Shown here: piece after piece, positions 57,215 through 64,000 of the stretch
How positions within the stretch are numbered: position 1 is the stretch's first letter
How the letters are laid out: every line of letters starts with the position of its first letter
From: Candidatus Omnitrophota bacterium
GTDB taxonomy: Bacteria > Omnitrophota > Gorgyraeia > Gygaellales > Profunditerraquicolaceae
Direction of reading: 5' to 3'
Assembly (NCBI GenBank): GCA_016208765.1
Contig: JACQXK010000106.1
Location: 20,256 to 84,255 of the forward strand
Length of the DNA stretch: 64,000 nucleotides
The notes under the pieces: model-generated
The model's database searches: none
The model's input: only the letters and a program-made list of their open reading frames with translations
Told to the model about the DNA's origin: nothing
Position numbers and translations under genes: made by a program

Positions 57215-57406
57215 TTGAAGATTTTTAGCAGCATTATTACTTTTGTTAATGAGGTCAAGCTTGAGTTGAGCAAAGTTGCCTGGTCAAGCAGGCAGGAGCT
57301 TTTAGGTTCAACCGCAGTGGTGATTGTAACAACCGTTATAATGACATTGTTTGTCTGGGTAATAGATTTAATTTTATCAAAATTCTTAACCATAATGTTG
57401 CGATAA
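57215..57406 (+). CDS. secE: Preprotein translocase subunit SecE
   Basis: It is 63 aa with a single C-terminal TM helix and the conserved VxxELxKVxWxxRxE N-region. It sits immediately upstream of nusG. It starts at a TTG. Confidence 0.7.
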   Translation: MKIFSSIITFVNEVKLELSKVAWSSRQELLGSTAVVIVTTVIMTLFVWVIDLILSKFLTIMLR

Positions 57407-57933
57407 TGAAAAACTGGTATATCGTTCATACACAAACAGGATTAGAAGATAAAGTAAAAGTTGCTCTTCAGAAAATGCCTGTACCTGAGAATGAAGAAAG
57501 CCCTATTTCGCAGGTGATTATTCCTACCGAGCAAGTTTCAGAGGTTCGTTCCGGAAAGAAAAAAATAACTCAGAGGAAATTTTTCCCGGGGTATATTTTG
57601 GTTGAAATGGAACTGACTGAAGCCAGCTATTTATATGTAAAAAATATTTATGGTGTTACTGGTTTTATCGGACCGGGCAAGAAACCAATGCCTTTACCAA
57701 AAGAAGAAGTTGAAAATATATTAAAAAGGACTGAAGAAACACAGGTTAAGCCAAGCCCGAAGATTGTTTTTGAAAAAGGCGAACAGGTGCGTGTTACAGA
57801 AGGCCCATTTTTAAATTTTAACGGCACCATTGACGAAATTCATCCGGAAAAAGGAAAAATTAAAGTTAGCGTTTCAATTTTTGGCAGGTCAACTCCTGTT
57901 GAATTAGAATATTGGCAAGTGGAGAAAGTCTAA
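57406..57933 (+). CDS. nusG: Transcription termination/antitermination factor NusG
   Basis: The NGN domain starts WYIVHTQTG. The FPGYILVE block is present. The C-terminal KOW motif is [11 protein letters not shown]. Confidence 0.85.
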   Translation: MKNWYIVHTQTGLEDKVKVALQKMPVPENEESPISQVIIPTEQVSEVRSGKKKITQRKFFPGYILVEMELTEASYLYVKNIYGVTGFIGPGKKPMPLPKEEVENILKRTEETQVKPSPKIVFEKGEQVRVTEGPFLNFNGTIDEIHPEKGKIKVSVSIFGRSTPVELEYWQVEKV

Positions 57934-57934
57934 A

Positions 57935-58360
57935 ATGGCAAAGAAAATTAAGGCTCAAATTAAACTACATGTTCCAGCGGGCGCTGCAAACCCTGCTCCT
58001 CCTGTCGGGCCGGCGCTGGGCCAGCACGGTGTAAACATAATGCAGTTTTGTAAACAATTTAACGATCAGACCAAGGGGAGAGATGGTTTGATTCTACCGG
58101 TTGTAATCAGTGTTTTTGAAGACCGCACATTTTCTTTTATAATCAAGAGCCCGCCATCGTCGGTATTGTTAAAACGCGCGGCTAATCTTGCAAAGGCTTC
58201 AGGAATTGCCGGTAAAGAGATTATAGGAAAGGTAACAAAGAAGCAGATTGAGGAGATATCAAAGCAAAAAATGCAGGATTTAAATACCTCTGATTTTGAA
58301 CAGGCCTTTAAAATAATTTCAGGGACAGCCAGAAGCATGGGTATTGTTGTTGAGGGATAA
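57935..58360 (+). CDS. rplK: 50S ribosomal protein L11
   Basis: It has the [23 protein letters not shown] block. Confidence 0.9.
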   Translation: MAKKIKAQIKLHVPAGAANPAPPVGPALGQHGVNIMQFCKQFNDQTKGRDGLILPVVISVFEDRTFSFIIKSPPSSVLLKRAANLAKASGIAGKEIIGKVTKKQIEEISKQKMQDLNTSDFEQAFKIISGTARSMGIVVEG

Positions 58361-58364
58361 AATT

Positions 58365-59045
58365 ATGAAAGCTCATAGCAAGAGATATACTGAATCGGAA
58401 AAGAATCTTGATAGAAATAAGCAATATCAACTGAAAGAGGCTATTGCAGCTTTAAAGAAAATGGTGCCTCCTAAGTTTGACGGGTCAGTTGATCTGCATT
58501 TTAATTTAAATGTTGATACTAAGAAATCAGATCAGATGGTAAGGGGCACAGTGGTTCTTCCGCACGGGACCGGCAAGAAAATCAGAGTTGCGGTTTTTTG
58601 CAAAGGTGAACATGAACGACAGGCCAAAGAAGCTAAGGCAGATTTGGTTGGCGGACAGGAATTGATTGATAAAGTAGCCGGTGGATTTTTAGATTTTGAT
58701 TGCGCAATTGCAACTCCTGATATGATGAAAGATTTGAGCAAACTCGGCAAAGTCCTTGGGCCTAGGGGTTTGATGCCCAGCCCGAAAACCGGAACAGTCA
58801 CGAATGATATTACCAAGGCAATTGAGGACGTTAGAAAAGGTAAAGTTGAATTCAGGGTAGATAAACAAGGCGGCATACATTTGTCCGTTGGAAAGATTTC
58901 TTTTGATGAAGATAAATTATATGACAATGCTTCAAAAGTAATTGAAGCGCTGAATGAGTCAAAACCCGCATCAGTAAAAGGCAAATTTGTGCGCACCTTG
59001 TCAATTTGCTCTTCAATGAACCCGGGCCTGAGGCTCGCAATCTAA
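58365..59045 (+). CDS. rplA: 50S ribosomal protein L1
   Basis: L1 family blocks are present. I chose the ATG at 58365, 4 nt after the rplK stop. Confidence 0.9.
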   Translation: MKAHSKRYTESEKNLDRNKQYQLKEAIAALKKMVPPKFDGSVDLHFNLNVDTKKSDQMVRGTVVLPHGTGKKIRVAVFCKGEHERQAKEAKADLVGGQELIDKVAGGFLDFDCAIATPDMMKDLSKLGKVLGPRGLMPSPKTGTVTNDITKAIEDVRKGKVEFRVDKQGGIHLSVGKISFDEDKLYDNASKVIEALNESKPASVKGKFVRTLSICSSMNPGLRLAI

Positions 59046-59046
59046 A

Positions 59047-59574
59047 ATGAAAAAAATAAGCCTGATAGTTAAAGAGAATTCGGAAAATAGGATCAAGGAC
59101 ACATTAAAAGAATCAGAAGCTGTTTTTGTAATAAAATACTCCGGTTTATCCAGCCCTGATGTAACTGCTTTAAGGCAGAATTTAAAAAGTTCAAGCGCTT
59201 CTTTTTACGTAGTCAAGAACAGTGTTGCCCGAAGAGCTTTAAAAGATGCCGGCTTTGAAGGCCTGATCGGCTCAGTTGAGGGGCCATGCGGTTTGATTTT
59301 TGTAAAAGACGAGCCTGTAAATGTTTCAAAGTCACTCTGCGCTTTTGCAAAAGAGCATGATAAGCTACAGTTTGACTCAGGGTATCTTAAAGATAAGCTT
59401 CTGGTTAGAAAAGATATTGAGGCAATGGCTAAACTGCCTTCAAAAGAAGTTTTAAGGGCGCAGGTAGTTATGACCTTAAACTCCCCGATATCCAGATTTG
59501 TAATTAGTTTAAATCAGATATTGCGCAATTTCGTGTATTGTTTGGATCAGGTAAAACAGAAAAAGACAACTTAA
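59047..59574 (+). CDS. rplJ: 50S ribosomal protein L10
   Basis: L10 N-terminal domain blocks are present. The gene lies between rplA and rplL. Confidence 0.85.
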   Translation: MKKISLIVKENSENRIKDTLKESEAVFVIKYSGLSSPDVTALRQNLKSSSASFYVVKNSVARRALKDAGFEGLIGSVEGPCGLIFVKDEPVNVSKSLCAFAKEHDKLQFDSGYLKDKLLVRKDIEAMAKLPSKEVLRAQVVMTLNSPISRFVISLNQILRNFVYCLDQVKQKKTT

Positions 59575-59595
59575 AAAGTTTAAAAGGAGGAAGAA

Positions 59596-59982
59596 ATGGC
59601 TGAGAAATTAGAGGAAATGATTAAATCAATTGAGACAATGACAGTTCTGGAATTGGCTGATTTGGTAAAAGCGCTTGAAGAGAAATTTGGTGTAACAGCG
59701 AATATGCCGATGATGGCTGCACCCGCAGGCGGTGTTGCTGGTGGTGCTGCAGCTCCTGCTGCAGAAGAGAAAACTGCTTTTACAGTTGTTTTGACAAGCG
59801 CCGGAGCAAACAAAATTGCAGTAATTAAAGAAGTCAGGACCATGACAAACCTTGGGTTAAAAGAGGCCAAAGATATGGTTGATGCTGCTCCTAAACCGAT
59901 CAAAGACGGCGTTCCAAAAGAAGAAGCAGAAGAAATGAAAAAGAAATTAGAAGCAGCTGGCGCTACAGTTGAACTGAAATAA
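59596..59982 (+). CDS. rplL: 50S ribosomal protein L7/L12
   Basis: It has the N-terminal dimerisation helix, an Ala/Pro/Gly hinge and the C-terminal [21 protein letters not shown] block. Confidence 0.9.
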   Translation: MAEKLEEMIKSIETMTVLELADLVKALEEKFGVTANMPMMAAPAGGVAGGAAAPAAEEKTAFTVVLTSAGANKIAVIKEVRTMTNLGLKEAKDMVDAAPKPIKDGVPKEEAEEMKKKLEAAGATVELK

Positions 59983-60034
59983 AATTTTAAGGCGATAAGC
60001 AGCAATTAAGAATCACAAATATAATAGGAAAAAG

Positions 60035-63000
60035 ATGACAAAAAGAAAAAGTTTCGCCAAGATAAAAGATGTATATGATCTTCCAAATCTTTTGGATGTT
60101 CAGTTAGAAGCTTACCATGAATTTCTGCAACTGGATGTTTCTCAAAAAGAGAAAAAACACCAGGGACTGCAGGAAGTGTTTGAAGAGATCTTTCCTATTG
60201 AGAACGCCAATCGTTCGGTAAAACTGGAATTTATCAGTTATTTGCTGGGCAAGCCAAAATACAATATTTCAGAATCAAAAAGGCGCGCTGTAACATACGC
60301 TGCGCCATTAAAAGTAAAATTCAGGTTAACTACTCCGAAAGAGACAAAAGAACAGGATGCCTATTTTGGAGAAATCCCTCTAATGACAGAAACCGGCACT
60401 TTTATTATTAATGGTGACGAACGTGTAGTGGTCAGCCAGCTGCAGCGTTCACCGGGCGTTTCTTTTGAAGAGGAGATGCATCCAACCGGTAAGAAAATAT
60501 TTTACGGCAGAGTTATACCTTACCGCGGCGCCTGGCTTGAATTTAAATACGATTTAACCGAGACCGTAATAGCATACGTTGACCGCCGAAGAAATTTTCC
60601 CGCAACGCAAATCCTGAGAATCCTGGGTTTTTCCACTGATGCAGAGATTATTGCTGCTTTCGGAAAAGAATATCCTGAAATTGCCAATACATTAAAAAAA
60701 GATTTTACCAAAAATAAAGAAGAGGCGTATTTGGATTTTTATCGTAAGATGCGCCCCACAGAGCCAATTACTAAAGAAGCCGCAGAGAATCTGTTTTATA
60801 GGTTGTTTTTTGATCCGGCGCGTTATGATCTGGAAAGAGCCGGAAGATTCATATTAAACCGCAAGCTCGGTATGGATGTGTCTCTTGATAAAAGAAACCT
60901 TGACTCAGCGACTATAATAAAGGTAATAGAATATTTGATCAGGTTAAAAGAAGGCGTTGGAAAGATTGATGACATTGATCATCTTGGAAACCGCCGAGTA
61001 AAGACTGTCGGTGAATTAGTGCAGAATCAGGTGCGTATCGGACTTTCACGCGTTGAGCGTTCAATTCGCGAGAGATTAAGTATTTTAGGTGAATTTGATA
61101 ATCTCAATGTTCACTATTTAATCAATTCAAAACTCCTTTCAAATCAAATACGTGATTTCTTTGGACGCAGCCAGTTGTCGCAATTTATGGATCAGGTCAA
61201 TCCTTTGGCTGAAATGACGCACAAGAGAAGGTTAAGCGCACTTGGCCCCGGAGGTTTATCAAGGGAGCGTGCAGGTTTTGAAGTAAGAGATATCCATCCT
61301 TCGCATTATGGCAGGGTTTGTCCAATTGAAACACCAGAAGGCCCGAATATCGGCTTGATTGCTTCTTTAAGTAGCTATGCCCGGGTAAATCCTTTAGGCC
61401 TTCTGGAAACCCCTTATAGAAAAGTTGAAGATGGCCGAGTTACCAAAAAAGTTGATTATTTAACGGCAGATATAGAAGAAGATAAAGTTATTGCTCAGGC
61501 AAATGTTCCTATTGATGAAAATGGGTATTTTGTTGAAAAAGAAGTTTCCTGCCGCTATAAAGATGATTTTCCTAAGGTTCCTGGCAAACAAGTAGAGTAC
61601 ATGGATGTGTCGCCGAAACAATTGGTTTCTGTGGCTGCTTCATTAATTCCATTTTTGGAGCATGATGATGCAAACCGCGCATTAATGGGTTCAAACATGC
61701 AAAGGCAGGCAGTCCCGTTAATGATCACTGAGTCTCCTTTAGTTGGAACCAATATGGAAGAGAAAGTTGCCCGTGACTCCGGAACAGTAGTGGTTAGCGA
61801 GGAATCCGGTAAAGTAACCAGCGTAGATTCTTTGTCTATCAGTATCGGTAAAAAGATATACCATTTAAATAAATTCTTGCGTACTAATGCGGATACTTGC
61901 TTGAATCAGAGGCCAATTGTTAAATTAGGAGATCATGTTGAAAAAGGGCAAATCATCGCCGATGGTATTGCTACAAGAAATGGCGAACTGGCTTTAGGTA
62001 AAAACGTATTGGTAGCTTTTATGCCTTGGCGCGGTTATAACTTTGAAGATGCTATTTTGATCAGCGAGAAGCTGGCTAAAGAAGATGCGTTTACATCAAT
62101 TCATGTTGAAGAATTTGAGGTTGAGGCCACAGAAACGCGCCTTGGCAATGAAGAAATGACCAGGGATATTCCCAATGTAAGCGAAGAAGCCCTGCGGAAT
62201 TTAGACGAGAACGGCTTAATCAGGATTGGCGCTGAAGTTGAACCGGGTGATATTTTGGTTGGTAAAATTACTCCTAAGACCGATTCAGAGCCTTCCCCTG
62301 AAGAAAGATTGCTGCGTGCAATTTTCGGGGAGAAAGCCGGTGACGTGCGTGATACCTCTTTGATTGTCCCGCCGGGGGTTGAGGGTTCGGTAATAGACGT
62401 GCATGTATTTGCGCGTAAAGACCGCGGCAGAAAATCCAAGGAAGAAAAAACCAAAGAGCTCGCCGCGATAAAAGAACTTAAAGCGTATTACAAACAAGAA
62501 ATTGAGTTTGTGCAGGTAGAAAAGTTAAGTCGTCTATGCCAGCTTTTGGGGATTGATAAGAAAAAGGCTGAAAAAATTGATTTAAGCGATAACGAAGAGG
62601 CAAAAATACTGGCTGCATCTTTTGATGAGCAGATCCAGGAATTATTAGCAGAACAAGAACAGGAAACTGAAAAAGTGCGCCGCGGAGACGAATTGCCGGC
62701 GGGGGTCTTAAAGAGAGTCGTTGTTTATATCGCTACAAAACGTAAACTTGCTGAAGGCGATAAATTAGCCGGCCGGCACGGGAACAAAGGTGTGGTTGCA
62801 AGAATTGTTCGCGAAGAGGATATGCCGTTTATGCCGGATGGTACGCCTGTTGAAGTTATATTAAATCCTTTAGGCGTTCCTTCCCGTATGAATGTGGGCC
62901 AGATCTTAGAAACACATCTTGGATGGGCCGCTAAAGCATTAGGTTTGCAAATGAGCTGCCCGGTTTTTGACGGAGCAACAGAATCTGAGATTAAAGAAAT

Positions 63001-63439
63001 GCTTAAGAAAGCAGGGCTTTCCGAGGATGGAAAAACTGTCCTGTATGACGGTTTTAGCGGAGATACCTTTGATCATAGAATTACAGTAGGGTACATGTAT
63101 ATTTTAAAATTGATCCACTTGGTTGATGAAAAGATACACGCACGCTCAATCGGCCCGTATTCGTTAGTTACACAGCAGCCATTAGGCGGAAAAGCGCAAT
63201 TTGGCGGACAGAGGCTTGGAGAAATGGAAGTCTGGGCGCTGGAGGCTTACGGAGCAGCTTTTACTTTGCAGGAAATGCTTACTGTAAAAAGTGATGATGT
63301 CTCCGGGAGAACAAAAATTTATGAAGCAATAGTTAAAGGGGAACAACGTTTAACGCACGGGACACCGGAGTCGTTTAACGTTTTAATAAAAGAATTGCAG
63401 GGTTTAGGATTAGATATTAAAACAGAAAAAGCCAAATAA
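60035..63439 (+). CDS. rpoB: DNA-directed RNA polymerase subunit beta
   Basis: It is 1134 aa. The fork-loop, rifampicin-region and C-terminal clamp blocks are present. It sits in the canonical position after rplL. Confidence 0.95.
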   Translation: MTKRKSFAKIKDVYDLPNLLDVQLEAYHEFLQLDVSQKEKKHQGLQEVFEEIFPIENANRSVKLEFISYLLGKPKYNISESKRRAVTYAAPLKVKFRLTTPKETKEQDAYFGEIPLMTETGTFIINGDERVVVSQLQRSPGVSFEEEMHPTGKKIFYGRVIPYRGAWLEFKYDLTETVIAYVDRRRNFPATQILRILGFSTDAEIIAAFGKEYPEIANTLKKDFTKNKEEAYLDFYRKMRPTEPITKEAAENLFYRLFFDPARYDLERAGRFILNRKLGMDVSLDKRNLDSATIIKVIEYLIRLKEGVGKIDDIDHLGNRRVKTVGELVQNQVRIGLSRVERSIRERLSILGEFDNLNVHYLINSKLLSNQIRDFFGRSQLSQFMDQVNPLAEMTHKRRLSALGPGGLSRERAGFEVRDIHPSHYGRVCPIETPEGPNIGLIASLSSYARVNPLGLLETPYRKVEDGRVTKKVDYLTADIEEDKVIAQANVPIDENGYFVEKEVSCRYKDDFPKVPGKQVEYMDVSPKQLVSVAASLIPFLEHDDANRALMGSNMQRQAVPLMITESPLVGTNMEEKVARDSGTVVVSEESGKVTSVDSLSISIGKKIYHLNKFLRTNADTCLNQRPIVKLGDHVEKGQIIADGIATRNGELALGKNVLVAFMPWRGYNFEDAILISEKLAKEDAFTSIHVEEFEVEATETRLGNEEMTRDIPNVSEEALRNLDENGLIRIGAEVEPGDILVGKITPKTDSEPSPEERLLRAIFGEKAGDVRDTSLIVPPGVEGSVIDVHVFARKDRGRKSKEEKTKELAAIKELKAYYKQEIEFVQVEKLSRLCQLLGIDKKKAEKIDLSDNEEAKILAASFDEQIQELLAEQEQETEKVRRGDELPAGVLKRVVVYIATKRKLAEGDKLAGRHGNKGVVARIVREEDMPFMPDGTPVEVILNPLGVPSRMNVGQILETHLGWAAKALGLQMSCPVFDGATESEIKEMLKKAGLSEDGKTVLYDGFSGDTFDHRITVGYMYILKLIHLVDEKIHARSIGPYSLVTQQPLGGKAQFGGQRLGEMEVWALEAYGAAFTLQEMLTVKSDDVSGRTKIYEAIVKGEQRLTHGTPESFNVLIKELQGLGLDIKTEKAK

Positions 63440-63453
63440 CCGGGAAAATAAAA

Positions 63454-64000
63454 ATGGACGAAATAGTTTCCTTCGATAGCATAAGCATAAAAATCGCATC
63501 CCCGCAGGTAATTAAATCTTGGTCAAAGGGTGAAGTGAAAAAAGCAGAAACTATTAATTACCGTACGCTTAAGCCGGAAAAAGACGGTTTATTTTGCGAG
63601 AAGATTTTTGGGCCGGTACGTGATTGGGAATGTAATTGCGGTAAGTATAAAGGAATAAAATTCAAGGGGACAACTTGTGACCGCTGCGGAGTTGTGGTGG
63701 ATCATTCTTCAGTGCGTAGAGATAGAATGGGGCACATTGAGTTAGCTGCTCCTGTTACGCATATCTGGTTCTTTAAGGCCGTACCCAGCCGCATGAGCGC
63801 CTTGCTTGATATTGGTTTACGAGACCTTGAAAAGATTATTTACTATGAGGAATACGTGGTTGTTGACCCGGGGACATCTGCTTTAAAAAAGAGGCAGCTT
63901 TTAACTGAAGAGCAATATCAAGAAGCTTTGGTGAAATACGGTTCAAACTTTAAGGCAAAAATCGGAGCAGAAGCAATCAGGGACCTTCTGAAGGAAATTG
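63454..64000 (+). CDS. rpoC: DNA-directed RNA polymerase subunit beta', N-terminal fragment (continues past the window end)
   Basis: The zinc-binding motif is [21 protein letters not shown] and the NADFDGD-upstream region is present. There is no stop codon before position 64000. Confidence 0.9.
   Translation, partial: MDEIVSFDSISIKIASPQVIKSWSKGEVKKAETINYRTLKPEKDGLFCEKIFGPVRDWECNCGKYKGIKFKGTTCDRCGVVVDHSSVRRDRMGHIELAAPVTHIWFFKAVPSRMSALLDIGLRDLEKIIYYEEYVVVDPGTSALKKRQLLTEEQYQEALVKYGSNFKAKIGAEAIRDLLKEI

Noticed and set aside
59580-60005. A 141-aa minus-strand ORF rich in Ala/Pro
   Set aside because: It is the antisense shadow of the GCN-rich rplL Ala hinge. rplL itself is unambiguous.

Overview
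This 64 kb window is dense, almost entirely plus-strand bacterial chromosome. Base composition is low-GC (roughly 35-40% by eye). The organism looks like an anaerobic, diderm-type bacterium. LPS heptosyltransferases, an O-antigen-ligase-like protein, GmhB, SurA and HtrA argue for a diderm envelope. Bcd/EtfAB with a ferredoxin-fused EtfA argues for an anaerobe. I cannot assign a phylum from sequence alone.

Gene content from 5' to 3':
- 1-12.5 kb: a cell-envelope glycan island. It holds several GT2 glycosyltransferases, a SAM methyltransferase, a large GT-C-type membrane glycosyltransferase, an O-antigen-ligase-like protein, two GT9 heptosyltransferases, ManC, a DegT-type sugar aminotransferase, GmhB and a GT28/MGDG-synthase-like enzyme.
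- 12.5-20.7 kb: priA, fmt, two tandem GalT-like genes, then gap-pgk-tpiA-secG.
- 21-26 kb: oppABCDF-type peptide ABC transporter.
- 26-32 kb: marC, glgC, a GNAT, and acyl-CoA dehydrogenase plus etfB and Fd-etfA.
- 31.8-32.6 kb: a small secreted dockerin-like / H-type-lectin-like protein.
- 32.6-37 kb: smc, convergent with a minus-strand GAF-GGDEF protein.
- 37-42.8 kb: recA, htrA, recX, alaS.
- 42.8-49.2 kb: hisD-hisB-hisH-hisA-[lipoprotein]-hisF-hisI plus a chorismate-utilising component I.
- 49.2-56.6 kb: rpsP, yajC, secDF, a short Mfd, surA-like, pdxA, rsmA.
- 56.6-64 kb: the classical tRNA-Thr / rpmG / tRNA-Trp / secE / nusG / rplKAJL / rpoB / rpoC(partial) cluster.

I see no CRISPR array, transposase, integrase or obvious prophage. 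The window is mostly core genome.

Points for a second look:
- Two genes carry a single in-frame stop in an otherwise continuous reading frame: a GT9 heptosyltransferase with TAA, and smc with TGA.
- In the tandem GalT-like pair, the upstream copy appears to lack the canonical His-Pro-His nucleophile motif.
- PriA has degenerate Walker A and DExH motifs.
- Mfd lacks its N-terminal UvrB-like module and C-terminal D7 domain.
- A secreted dockerin-like / H-type-lectin-like protein sits alone between etfA and smc.
- A GC-rich structured intergenic island lies between oppF and marC.
- A GDP-mannose to polyprenyl-P-mannose to GT-C glycosylation module is embedded in the LPS cluster.
- A PG-binding lipoprotein gene is inserted between hisA and hisF.
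- Short tandem repeats occur inside hisF and alaS.

All functional calls come from reading the translated ORFs for family-specific motifs. No database searches were run.
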